A stretch of DNA of 64,000 bases. Source: Myxococcota bacterium. GTDB lineage: Bacteria > Myxococcota_A > Bradymonadia > UBA7976 > UBA1532. How positions within the stretch are numbered: position 1 is the first letter of the stretch; each line of letters begins with the position of its first letter. The stretch lies in the NCBI GenBank assembly GCA_036337435.1, contig JAYZEG010000001.1, forward strand, positions 96,001-160,000, in the 5' to 3' direction. The notes under the pieces are model-generated. The model did no database searches. It saw nothing but the letters and a program-made list of their open reading frames with translations, and was not told the DNA's origin. Positions 57,101 to 64,000 of the stretch are shown here, piece by piece. The translations under genes and the position numbers were made by a program.

Positions 57101-57886
57101 TCAGAGTTGGGACGCCCCATCGTCATGGAGCGGCCGGACCCCTCGCCAGTGCGTCTGGCGATCCCCGTCGGTCTTGGATATATCGACTTGCTTGGTCCAT
57201 CGGGGCCGACGCCACCGAGACTCGTCTGGGACATTGCGTGTCCCTTGAGTCCCGAGTGCGATGACTCACCGGACATAGATCAATCAATGGATTCAAAATC
57301 CGTTTGCGGACGCTGGAGTCGAGTCGATGGCGTTGACGGCTACGAATACAGAGTCATGGGTGCTGGGGCAGTCCCGCTTACGGGTTGGACGGATGCAGGC
57401 CTTCGAGGAGAATTCAGCGCCTCAGCTCAACAGCTTAGAGTGCGAGCATTTTACCAGATTCAAGTTCGGAGCTATGTTTTTAACGCCGGGCGAAAACAGG
57501 TGTCCAGACCTGCCATGAGCGATGGTGTGAGGGTGATAAATCGGTCGGCACCGGACGTACATCTTCGTGTCACAGACACCCAATTAGATACAAACGTCGG
57601 TGTCCAAGTGGCCATCGAATTGACAGCGCAGGATGATGATGCACTTGCTGGCTGGAGGCTTGACGTTGTATCTCTTGATGACGGTGACCATGTAAAACGA
57701 CTCGGAGGGGGCCCCTTGAATCAAGCGGATTTTAGTCAAACTCGTGATTGGTTTGGTACGGATCAATTTGGCCGACGTGTACTGCCTGGTCGCTATCGGG
57801 CCGAGTTTAGCGTCGTCGACCGCAGTAACAATGAAGCATCTGCCGTAAGTCCCATCATTGAAATTTGCTCTGGAGACTGTCCATGA
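54185..57886 (+). CDS. large lipoprotein with FG-GAP/VCBS repeats, PQQ-like propeller segments, FN3-like and FlgD-like Ig C-terminus
   Basis: MLLGC lipobox, DLNGDGRLEIVV, DFTGDEIPDI, DGNGDGLKDLLV, WFGTDQFGRRVLPGRY...VDRSNN. Start is uncertain (54185 or 54239). Confidence 0.78.
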   Translation: MRSRWPSLGRCGSYESALMCLFFGLMIGMLLGCDEQQPGPERDAQPVCSPSPCSDSAPGDVDNMIDQGRRHGEPLDAFTDGRDAGLTGPDADPESGVADVCEAIPLEPGDSRLENASRIEQLATGGPLVDGEWWVGDLDGTPDGLGELLVIRGGRVEALELNGRPWWRTENINAVRIERITDLNGDGRLEIVVVTARRVYILDALDGHPLWVLPDESFGTNAPVRISRILIDDFTGDEIPDIYLVDGGCNDEGSGRGASFEFANDAFGRQIALIQGDRVNGRCGRWQTLMDGNGDGLKDLLVTDGRGLNLFDLRTGDRLSCGSMSGAPPNGPLPHLSAGESRQFVFAENHIQLQEVRPAQDNECDAPYEFETLFQTPNLEGIHPPGSAVISNPRLGGDAILTSIWDHGQERWRVEMFGSQGQETLYQNGILLGVIDSNATGLSLLVRQTPTREIGQYTGRCLVLEYDQEGQRQSERPLGFCEPLRSPSGPSASPEFRPLATVDHGQSASVATLSWPDDQVRAVWPDTIRIGAVDVAQHMDSKGIASASIVQPAVGDDQRVIHYAYSSADGRIGFLDPSMNLTQRDLFDGGPALYLATGLSNVFELSGAQGSRLISLSETGEMTRFEYQNDRFVRIWSQSLGMPSRGTFSLQLDSTGTPPLIVTRHPKLGEDAISGFNAITGDLVWSHSSQHFGLKTMRQHKLITSELSDAPLVLRYDRQRLERELVPDPTCPVIHQSENPSPDPECPDAPVLMRVVTALNAADGNCVWQTIIRPTSSCSGPSNQSLSLNYPLAYITESTGIVALDVDTGGLVTRADLGRLDGGITGRGGGKISAGPADDGLYRTGGNGPPERFDQALNLTWRAASIDGLRGQSWLYRQALVVGAHLWVSPGSGWPIFRYNRADGSELNVLALSNGAAVPNPMNGAHYEDIQTMQLQSDIDGVGTPGVLVTTDGGFLYGITHDATVAWSRTFESELGRPIVMERPDPSPVRLAIPVGLGYIDLLGPSGPTPPRLVWDIACPLSPECDDSPDIDQSMDSKSVCGRWSRVDGVDGYEYRVMGAGAVPLTGWTDAGLRGEFSASAQQLRVRAFYQIQVRSYVFNAGRKQVSRPAMSDGVRVINRSAPDVHLRVTDTQLDTNVGVQVAIELTAQDDDALAGWRLDVVSLDDGDHVKRLGGGPLNQADFSQTRDWFGTDQFGRRVLPGRYRAEFSVVDRSNNEASAVSPIIEICSGDCP

Positions 57887-58230
57887 ATATCAAACTGAGA
57901 GACCAGGGACCGATCGCCATCAGTCAAAACGACGATTGTCTCGATGAAGATGCCTGTCGACCCCTGCTAGACCAATTGTCAGACCACTGGTCTATCAATG
58001 GCGACAATCGTCTAAACGCCGTCTTTCTCTTCGAGAATTTTGACTCGGCATTGGCCTTCCTAAACCAGGTGGGTGCCAAAGCAGAAGTCCATCAACACCA
58101 CCCCGATTGTCTGCTTTCATGGGGCCGTCTCGAGGTGTCGCTCTGGACGCATGATTTGGGTGGGTTGCATTTGGCCGATTTCAGCCTAGCCGCCCAAATC
58201 GATATCCTTTGGGACCAATTGAAGCGCTGA
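57883..58230 (+). CDS. phhB: pterin-4-alpha-carbinolamine dehydratase
   Basis: AEVHQHHPD, LWTHDLGGL..ADFSLAAQID. ATGA-coupled to the previous gene. Confidence 0.9.
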   Translation: MNIKLRDQGPIAISQNDDCLDEDACRPLLDQLSDHWSINGDNRLNAVFLFENFDSALAFLNQVGAKAEVHQHHPDCLLSWGRLEVSLWTHDLGGLHLADFSLAAQIDILWDQLKR

Positions 58231-58238
58231 ATCGGCCA

Positions 58239-59216
58239 TCATTTTGACCGAAGCCATGTGATCACCTGAGCACCTAAACCTAACGTCTGTCCAATGTCTA
58301 AGTTCAGTGACTTTGGGAAACCAACATGGCCACCTTCATCACTAATCTTGATGGTCACATAGTCGGTTTGCGAGCACATGATCGCTGCTTCAACAGGCAC
58401 CATTGGGTCATAGGTTGTGGCGATGATAAGCGCAGGTTTTTTGAGTTTCGCTAGGTGGGGCCCAACGGAACATCGTTCATAGTAATCAGACGCATCCCGA
58501 TAGCCGAATCGGGGTGCGATAACCAAATCATCCCATTGATAAATCGTCTTGATTTGATTTAGACAATCCAAGTCAATATTCAGTTCATAACCGAGATTAT
58601 CCGCCCGCTTCTTAGCGGCACGCACCGTCCGTTTCAAGCCTTTCAGACAATGACTTCGATAGACATTGATCGTCGGTGAATCCAACACCGTCTGGCACTG
58701 TTTTAAGTCCAACGGTGGGCAAATCGCAACCACACCTGCGATGCACCGCTCCAATTTGAGTGCTGCCCAAAGAGAGACGTGTCCACCCAATGAAAACCCG
58801 ATCAAATATCGACGCCCATACCGAGCCATTTCTGGGTCAGATAGAGCCGTTCTGACATCGTCAATGAACGCCGCATTGTAGAAGTCGGGCGCTCTCTGGT
58901 CGGCTCCTCGCAGGGCCAGCCGTAAAACACTGATGCCCGCGTCAATGCAATGGAATGCCATTTGCTCGACATAGCTGGCGTCGGGTCCAGATCCCAGTCC
59001 GTGGATGACGATAGCGAGCTCATTAGCACCGGCGACTGGGTGATAGATACCACTGGCAAAAACCTCGTCCATCGATGCCTGTTGGTCTGCCCGGCACCAG
59101 GCGGTTCCAAAAGGCAATTGGGGTTGCTTTAACAGACCTGACACGTGGGGATAAAGAGTCCAGAAGTGGCTGTAGAATCGACGCGATTTAAACCGATAAT
59201 CCATTGAGCTTGTCAT
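58239..59216 (-). CDS. YheT-like alpha/beta hydrolase
   Basis: IHGLGSG, IGFSLGG, APRFGY..ASDYY, DPMV, GGHVGF. Confidence 0.9.
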   Translation of the reverse strand: MTSSMDYRFKSRRFYSHFWTLYPHVSGLLKQPQLPFGTAWCRADQQASMDEVFASGIYHPVAGANELAIVIHGLGSGPDASYVEQMAFHCIDAGISVLRLALRGADQRAPDFYNAAFIDDVRTALSDPEMARYGRRYLIGFSLGGHVSLWAALKLERCIAGVVAICPPLDLKQCQTVLDSPTINVYRSHCLKGLKRTVRAAKKRADNLGYELNIDLDCLNQIKTIYQWDDLVIAPRFGYRDASDYYERCSVGPHLAKLKKPALIIATTYDPMVPVEAAIMCSQTDYVTIKISDEGGHVGFPKSLNLDIGQTLGLGAQVITWLRSK

Positions 59217-59380
59217 TTAATTAATCAAAATAGTCCTAGCCAAATAGCAAGATTTCACATCGGTTTTCCATGGGTCAAATAAAGACGCTGCGTCCGACGA
59301 AAAAAAATAATTGGGTCGGACCCCTTTACGTGCGTACGCAAGATGATATCTATGGGCGTGAATAACGGAGGAAAGCGCGT

Positions 59381-60037
59381 ATGGGCACTCATAACCTGCA
59401 AGAAATGTTCATCGGAATCGCCGGCTTAATCGGCGCGGGCAAAACAACATTGGCGACGGCTTTGGGTCAACACCTCAACCTGCCGGTGTATTACGAACCC
59501 GTACAAGACAATGAGTACCTTGCGGACTTTTATCGAGACACAAAGACCTATGCGTTCGCAACTCAGATTTATTTACTCAATCGACGCTTTCAACAGCATC
59601 AAGAAGTGATCTGGCGCGGGGGCGGCGGCGTCCAGGACAGAACAATCTATGAGGATGCTGTTTTTGCGAAAACTTTGGTCAATCAGGGACTTATGGACGA
59701 TAGAGACTACAGAACCTATCTGCAGCTCTTCAAAAACATGAGTAATTTCATGTGTCGGCCCAATGTCATCATCTACCTCGATTTAAGCCCGGAATCGTCC
59801 ATGAACCGAATTAAAGAACGCTCGCGCGACGTGGAGAAAGGGATCCCATTGGAATATCTCACACAGCTCCGAAATGAGTACGAGCTTTTCATCGATGACA
59901 TTTCACGGACGGTGCCCGTAATCAGAGTCGAGTGGGAACAATATCGAACTGTAGAAGAGATGGTTGAAGTCATCGAACACGAGTACTTCAATAAGAGTTT
60001 TCTTCGCAGCGCCCAATGGCGACCGAGCGCATCATAG
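59381..60037 (+). CDS. deoxynucleoside kinase
   Basis: GLIGAGKTT P-loop, YEPV, QIYLLNRRF, QDRTIYED, RIKERSR..E lid. Confidence 0.93.
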   Translation: MGTHNLQEMFIGIAGLIGAGKTTLATALGQHLNLPVYYEPVQDNEYLADFYRDTKTYAFATQIYLLNRRFQQHQEVIWRGGGGVQDRTIYEDAVFAKTLVNQGLMDDRDYRTYLQLFKNMSNFMCRPNVIIYLDLSPESSMNRIKERSRDVEKGIPLEYLTQLRNEYELFIDDISRTVPVIRVEWEQYRTVEEMVEVIEHEYFNKSFLRSAQWRPSAS

Positions 60038-60700
60038 ATGGGTGATCAAGAGTCTAGAGCAGGCACCAGCTATTCCACCAAGGCCATTTGCAGCTATTGC
60101 GATAAAGTCCATGCACCACAGGGGCCAGCACTGCAATCAGCGTTCGATGCACCGAATGCCAACGCAATGCCTGAGATTATGGTCGGTCAGTCAGAAGCGC
60201 GATTTCTGAGCCTCCTGGTTCAACTCACCGGCGCAGAGAAAATCGTCGAGGTAGGGACTCTCGCAGGGTATTCAGCCATTAGCATGGCCCAGAGCATGAG
60301 TTCCAATGGGCATCTCTGGAGTATTGAGAATGAGCCAAGACACGCAGACGTTGCGCGACGCCACATTGCCGAAGCCGGGTTGAGTGAGCGTATCACAGTG
60401 ATTTGCGCAGATGGCCTCGATGGACTTGCTCAGGTCGTCCAGCACGGCCCATTCGATATGGTCTTTCTCGACGCTGACAAAGAGCGTTATGACCAGTATC
60501 AAGCCTGGGCGGAAACACACCTGAGATTCGGTGGGGTGCTGTTGGCAGACAATGCCTATTATTTCGGGCAATTACTCGATGAGACAGAGGATGCGGCAGC
60601 CGTCAGACGCATGCACGAGCAAACGAGTCTGAAATTTGACTCAGTCTGTATCCCGACGCCCGATGGGCTGGTGATGGGCCTAAAAACACGACAAGATTGA
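60038..60700 (+). CDS. class I O-methyltransferase (caffeoyl-CoA OMT-like)
   Basis: VEVGTLAGYS, FDMVFLDADK, LLADN. Confidence 0.92.
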   Translation: MGDQESRAGTSYSTKAICSYCDKVHAPQGPALQSAFDAPNANAMPEIMVGQSEARFLSLLVQLTGAEKIVEVGTLAGYSAISMAQSMSSNGHLWSIENEPRHADVARRHIAEAGLSERITVICADGLDGLAQVVQHGPFDMVFLDADKERYDQYQAWAETHLRFGGVLLADNAYYFGQLLDETEDAAAVRRMHEQTSLKFDSVCIPTPDGLVMGLKTRQD

Positions 60701-60705
60701 CGGCA

Positions 60706-61974
60706 CTAAGACGCTGATTTCGCATAGACCCTGCGCCCTCGGATGAAAGTCGCATCAACACCGCTTCGGTCGTGCTGAAAAATCAGTGAATCAAAGAGCC
60801 TGTCTGGCCCGAGTGCACCATGAGCACATTGCACAGCAATGAAATCAGCCTCATATCCGACTTCGATTCGAGCGGTGCGGTCGCCCATACCGAGTACCTT
60901 CGCGCCACCTCGGCTCGCGTACCAAAGAAGGGCTTCAGCCGTCACCTTTGATTCAGTCAACAGAGCTGTGTCGTATGCGCTTGCTGCAATCCGACGTAAT
61001 GAAAAAGTCCGACCCGCCCCCACATCAGTCCCAAGTCCCCATTCAATGTGGCGGGATTGAAGCTTGTGAAGGGGCATCTGGCCACTGCCTAGAAAGAAAT
61101 TACTGTCCGGACAATGGCTCACACTACACCCCGACCGGGCAAGCATATCCCACTCGTCGTCAGACAAATGAATGCAGTGGGCGAGAATTGACCGACCGTC
61201 TAGCAGGCCCGCCTGAGCGTACACGTCGAGATAACTTTTATGGCCCGGAAAAAGGGAAAGGACAGTGTCTATCTCTTGCTGATTTTCAGAGATATGTGTT
61301 TGAACCGGCAAATTGAGGTCATGTGCGAGCTTGGCCGCGCCCCTCAATAATTTCGGCGTGCATGAAATTGCAAAGCGGGGCGTAACGCAAAACTCAAGAC
61401 GCCCGTCATCATAGCCATGCCACTGTTCAGCGAGTTCTCGAGCCGCTCCAAGAGCACTGTCTGCCTCTAAGATGACATTTTGAGGTGCCATCCGGTCCAT
61501 AAGAGTCAACCCAACCAACCCCCTAAGGCCGACCCGCGCCATGGCCTCGAACAGCGTCTGTGTCGCATGGGCATTGCTGCTGCTGTACACCGCCGCCGCG
61601 ACCGTCCCCTTGCAGAGCATGGACTGACAAAACTCATCGGCGACCGTCCGCGCATAGTGGGCGTCAACGAATCGTGCTTCCTCAGGAAATATGGTTTCTT
61701 CAAGCCACTGGAGAAGTGGCCCCGAAGCACTACCAACCACTCGACTTTGTGGAAAATGAAGGTGCGTATCAACAAAACCGGGCATCCAGACGCATCCGGG
61801 TCTTGTTTCGGGAATCTCAGACGAATTCGCTGCCTCTTCGACCGACGAGATTCGTCCGGAGTCATCGATCGCAATCAATGCATCCGGAACAATCTTAAAC
61901 CCTGGCTGGTCAAGCAATGGAATGAGGACAGTCCCACGGATTTGCCTCAACTGGATTGGTAAAGCAATTGTCAC
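60706..61974 (-). CDS. guaD: guanine deaminase
   Basis: PGFVDTHLHFPQ, LLQWLEETIFPEE, VTPRFAISC, QTHISEN, HCPDSNFFLGSG, GTDVGAG. Start moved to GTG 61974. Confidence 0.93.
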   Translation of the reverse strand: MTIALPIQLRQIRGTVLIPLLDQPGFKIVPDALIAIDDSGRISSVEEAANSSEIPETRPGCVWMPGFVDTHLHFPQSRVVGSASGPLLQWLEETIFPEEARFVDAHYARTVADEFCQSMLCKGTVAAAVYSSSNAHATQTLFEAMARVGLRGLVGLTLMDRMAPQNVILEADSALGAARELAEQWHGYDDGRLEFCVTPRFAISCTPKLLRGAAKLAHDLNLPVQTHISENQQEIDTVLSLFPGHKSYLDVYAQAGLLDGRSILAHCIHLSDDEWDMLARSGCSVSHCPDSNFFLGSGQMPLHKLQSRHIEWGLGTDVGAGRTFSLRRIAASAYDTALLTESKVTAEALLWYASRGGAKVLGMGDRTARIEVGYEADFIAVQCAHGALGPDRLFDSLIFQHDRSGVDATFIRGRRVYAKSAS

Positions 61975-62120
61975 TGAAAGATTCCCAGACTGCCTCTTTG
62001 TCTGTATGGTGTACTGAGTGGAGGTCGGGGTCCAGAAAAGCACGCCCAATTTGAGCAAAAATTTAAATCTGATGTGGGAATAATGCGTCACGAGTCGATC
62101 AGAGTTATGGTGTAACTGTT

Positions 62121-64000
62121 TTGTGGATTTGCCCAGAGTGCCGGTTCGTCTATCGCGAGTGCGTGAAAACATGCGAGCGTGATGGATTTCCTGTCGTCGA
62201 AGTGAAGGCGCAGAGTGGACGAGCGCGCTATCCGCTGCTTGAGCGCGTCATCGACAACCGATATCAAATCATCGGAGGCTTAGGTCAAGGTGGGTTAGGA
62301 ACGGTCTATCTGGCGCGGCATCTCCATCTTGATCAATTGTTTGCCGTTAAATTTCTGGACCTCGAAAATGTCGGCATTGACGTCGATAAGGGCACCATAA
62401 AGGAATACCAAAACGATTTCATCAAGGAGGCCCGGGTAGCCGCTTTCCTCAGACATGATGCCGTGGTGAAAGTGAGTGACTTCGGGGAATACGAAAAACT
62501 CCCATACCTGGTCATGGACTATGTGCCCGGTCCGTCGCTGCTTGCGATGATTACGGAACGAAGCCGATTTAGCATGGCTGAGGCTGTTAATATTGGTCGA
62601 CAGATCGCGGAAGCGCTCAGCGCGTTTCATGAACGTAAACTCGTCCATCGGGACCTCAAACCGGCAAACGTGATCATGGATCCGAGGGGCAATGGTAAGC
62701 TGACCCTAGTCGACCTAGGCCTCGTGAAAGATGTAAGTGGACCGGCCGGACGTCTGTCTACCCACCCCATGGCACTCCGTGGAACACCTGGCTATCTTGC
62801 CCCAGAACAAGTGCCATCCTGGGTCCTTTCAGGTCAGGGTATCGATTTACCAGGCGGGAAAAAAGTCGTCGATGCACGGGCTGATATCTATGCCCTCGGC
62901 GTCATCTTCTATGAGATGCTCGCCGGTGTCTCGCCCTATCCAGATGGGTCCAACACAGCCATCATTGTCTATGCATGCACACGCCCACCCCTACCGTTAT
63001 CTGGCGTTGAGCCAGCTGTTCGGGTCACGGCTGGTCTGGAATCTTTAATCTATCGGTGTATGTCTCGTAACCCCGATGAAAGGCCAGCGGATGCAGCGGC
63101 TTTTATCAGGGAATTAGACGCGTTGAATGCGGCTCCCATCGACAAACGGTCTTGGCCTGTCATGCTGCCCAACTCGGCGGGCGCGACCGTCCCTAAGCCA
63201 ATCATTTCTCGCCACAAGGCGGGCATGCCTACAGCATTTAATGACCCACGGCGTCAAGAAACACGAGCCTACGGTTCACAAGACATGCACACGGATGCTG
63301 TCGACGCCCTCGACCTCGAGGGCGAGCTTACTGGCCACCAAGCGGCATTTACAGGCGGCGATGACGCGACGATGGAGTACAACACAGAAGACTCGATCGA
63401 TTCCTTATTAGACGACGCCAACACAGGCATCGGTTCGGCCAATGCAACCCACACATTCGATGGCAGCATCGATTATATGATGACCCGGGTTGAAACGCTC
63501 GACCCGCCAGACAATGGCTCGCAATCACGCAAACCAAATGCCCGATTGGACGAGGTCAGCTTATCGCCACAAAAGCCGGCGCAATCAGGACAAAAATGGC
63601 TTTTCCTTGTCTTGCCACTGGTTGCTTTGGTGGCTGGCACCATCGTGTGGTCAATTCGCACCGGCGACCGCGGACCATCCAAAGGCATCATTGAAGATCA
63701 GACAACCGTACCTGCTTCAGACCGGCCAAGACCGACACGATTTAAGATTCCAGAGACCACCGTCAAGGTAAACCCGAGTCCCGACGCACCACCTCAAGAC
63801 ATCGCGGCACCGACACCCGTGCTAAAAACCGAGGATATCAGTCCACCAAAGACGACTCGGCAAATCCCCGACCCAAAGAAAACGGAACACATCACGAGAC
63901 GAACGGCTCGGCCGAATCCTGACATACCGACCCAACCGCAAACGCCCGTGCAACAAGTGGAATCGAAACCAAAGAAAGCCAAACCGGTAAAGGCGAAAAA
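62121..64000 (+). CDS. membrane Ser/Thr protein kinase with N-terminal Zn-ribbon, 3'-truncated by the window edge (absent from the ORF track)
   Basis: Manual translation from TTG 62121: MWICPECRFVYRECVKTCERDG, RYQIIGGLGQGGLGTVY, AVK, HRDLKPANV, VDLGLVK, GTPGYLAPEQ, TM WLFLVLPLVALVAGTIVW (about 63597-63650), then a Pro/Thr-rich region. Confidence 0.9.
   Translation, partial: MWICPECRFVYRECVKTCERDGFPVVEVKAQSGRARYPLLERVIDNRYQIIGGLGQGGLGTVYLARHLHLDQLFAVKFLDLENVGIDVDKGTIKEYQNDFIKEARVAAFLRHDAVVKVSDFGEYEKLPYLVMDYVPGPSLLAMITERSRFSMAEAVNIGRQIAEALSAFHERKLVHRDLKPANVIMDPRGNGKLTLVDLGLVKDVSGPAGRLSTHPMALRGTPGYLAPEQVPSWVLSGQGIDLPGGKKVVDARADIYALGVIFYEMLAGVSPYPDGSNTAIIVYACTRPPLPLSGVEPAVRVTAGLESLIYRCMSRNPDERPADAAAFIRELDALNAAPIDKRSWPVMLPNSAGATVPKPIISRHKAGMPTAFNDPRRQETRAYGSQDMHTDAVDALDLEGELTGHQAAFTGGDDATMEYNTEDSIDSLLDDANTGIGSANATHTFDGSIDYMMTRVETLDPPDNGSQSRKPNARLDEVSLSPQKPAQSGQKWLFLVLPLVALVAGTIVWSIRTGDRGPSKGIIEDQTTVPASDRPRPTRFKIPETTVKVNPSPDAPPQDIAAPTPVLKTEDISPPKTTRQIPDPKKTEHITRRTARPNPDIPTQPQTPVQQVESKPKKAKPVKAK

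Noticed and set aside
61975..62120. Purine riboswitch upstream of guaD
   Set aside because: I could not find the purine aptamer core. The region looks like a short AT-rich divergent promoter.

Overview
Gene-dense chromosomal segment with about 52 CDS and many ATGA/TAATG translational couplings. I found no rRNA, tRNA, CRISPR array, transposase, integrase or reverse transcriptase. The gene set includes Cys/Asp-rich MopE-type repeat lipoproteins, two eukaryotic-like Ser/Thr kinases, atypical receiver proteins, TPR proteins and many lipoproteins. This suggests a Myxococcota/Bradymonadia-like deltaproteobacterium (inference only). Housekeeping and salvage genes include a LysM lytic transglycosylase, moeA, chaC, thymidine phosphorylase, nadE, tatD, lnt, a thiolase, a LeuA-like enzyme, a deoxynucleoside kinase and guaD. 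The best candidate for an undescribed system is at 39849-41006: an intact exosortase directly preceded by a 74-aa micro-substrate (signal peptide, ~16-aa Gly/Ser peptide, variant 'GSEP' sorting motif, TM helix, basic tail). It sits between an operon of pseudo-enzymes (J-domain/TPR/dead CPBP fusion plus two atypical receivers) and lnt. Other oddities are a FadL + tandem-domain lipoprotein pair, an aminoacyl-PG synthase-like protein with inverted architecture coupled to an esterase, a HEAT-SpoU fusion, a His-hendecad coiled-coil protein and a compact TsdA-like diheme lipoprotein. A membrane kinase at the right edge is missing from the ORF track. All product calls come from reading motifs by eye, not from database searches. 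Several start codons were re-placed using RBS, overlap or signal-peptide logic.
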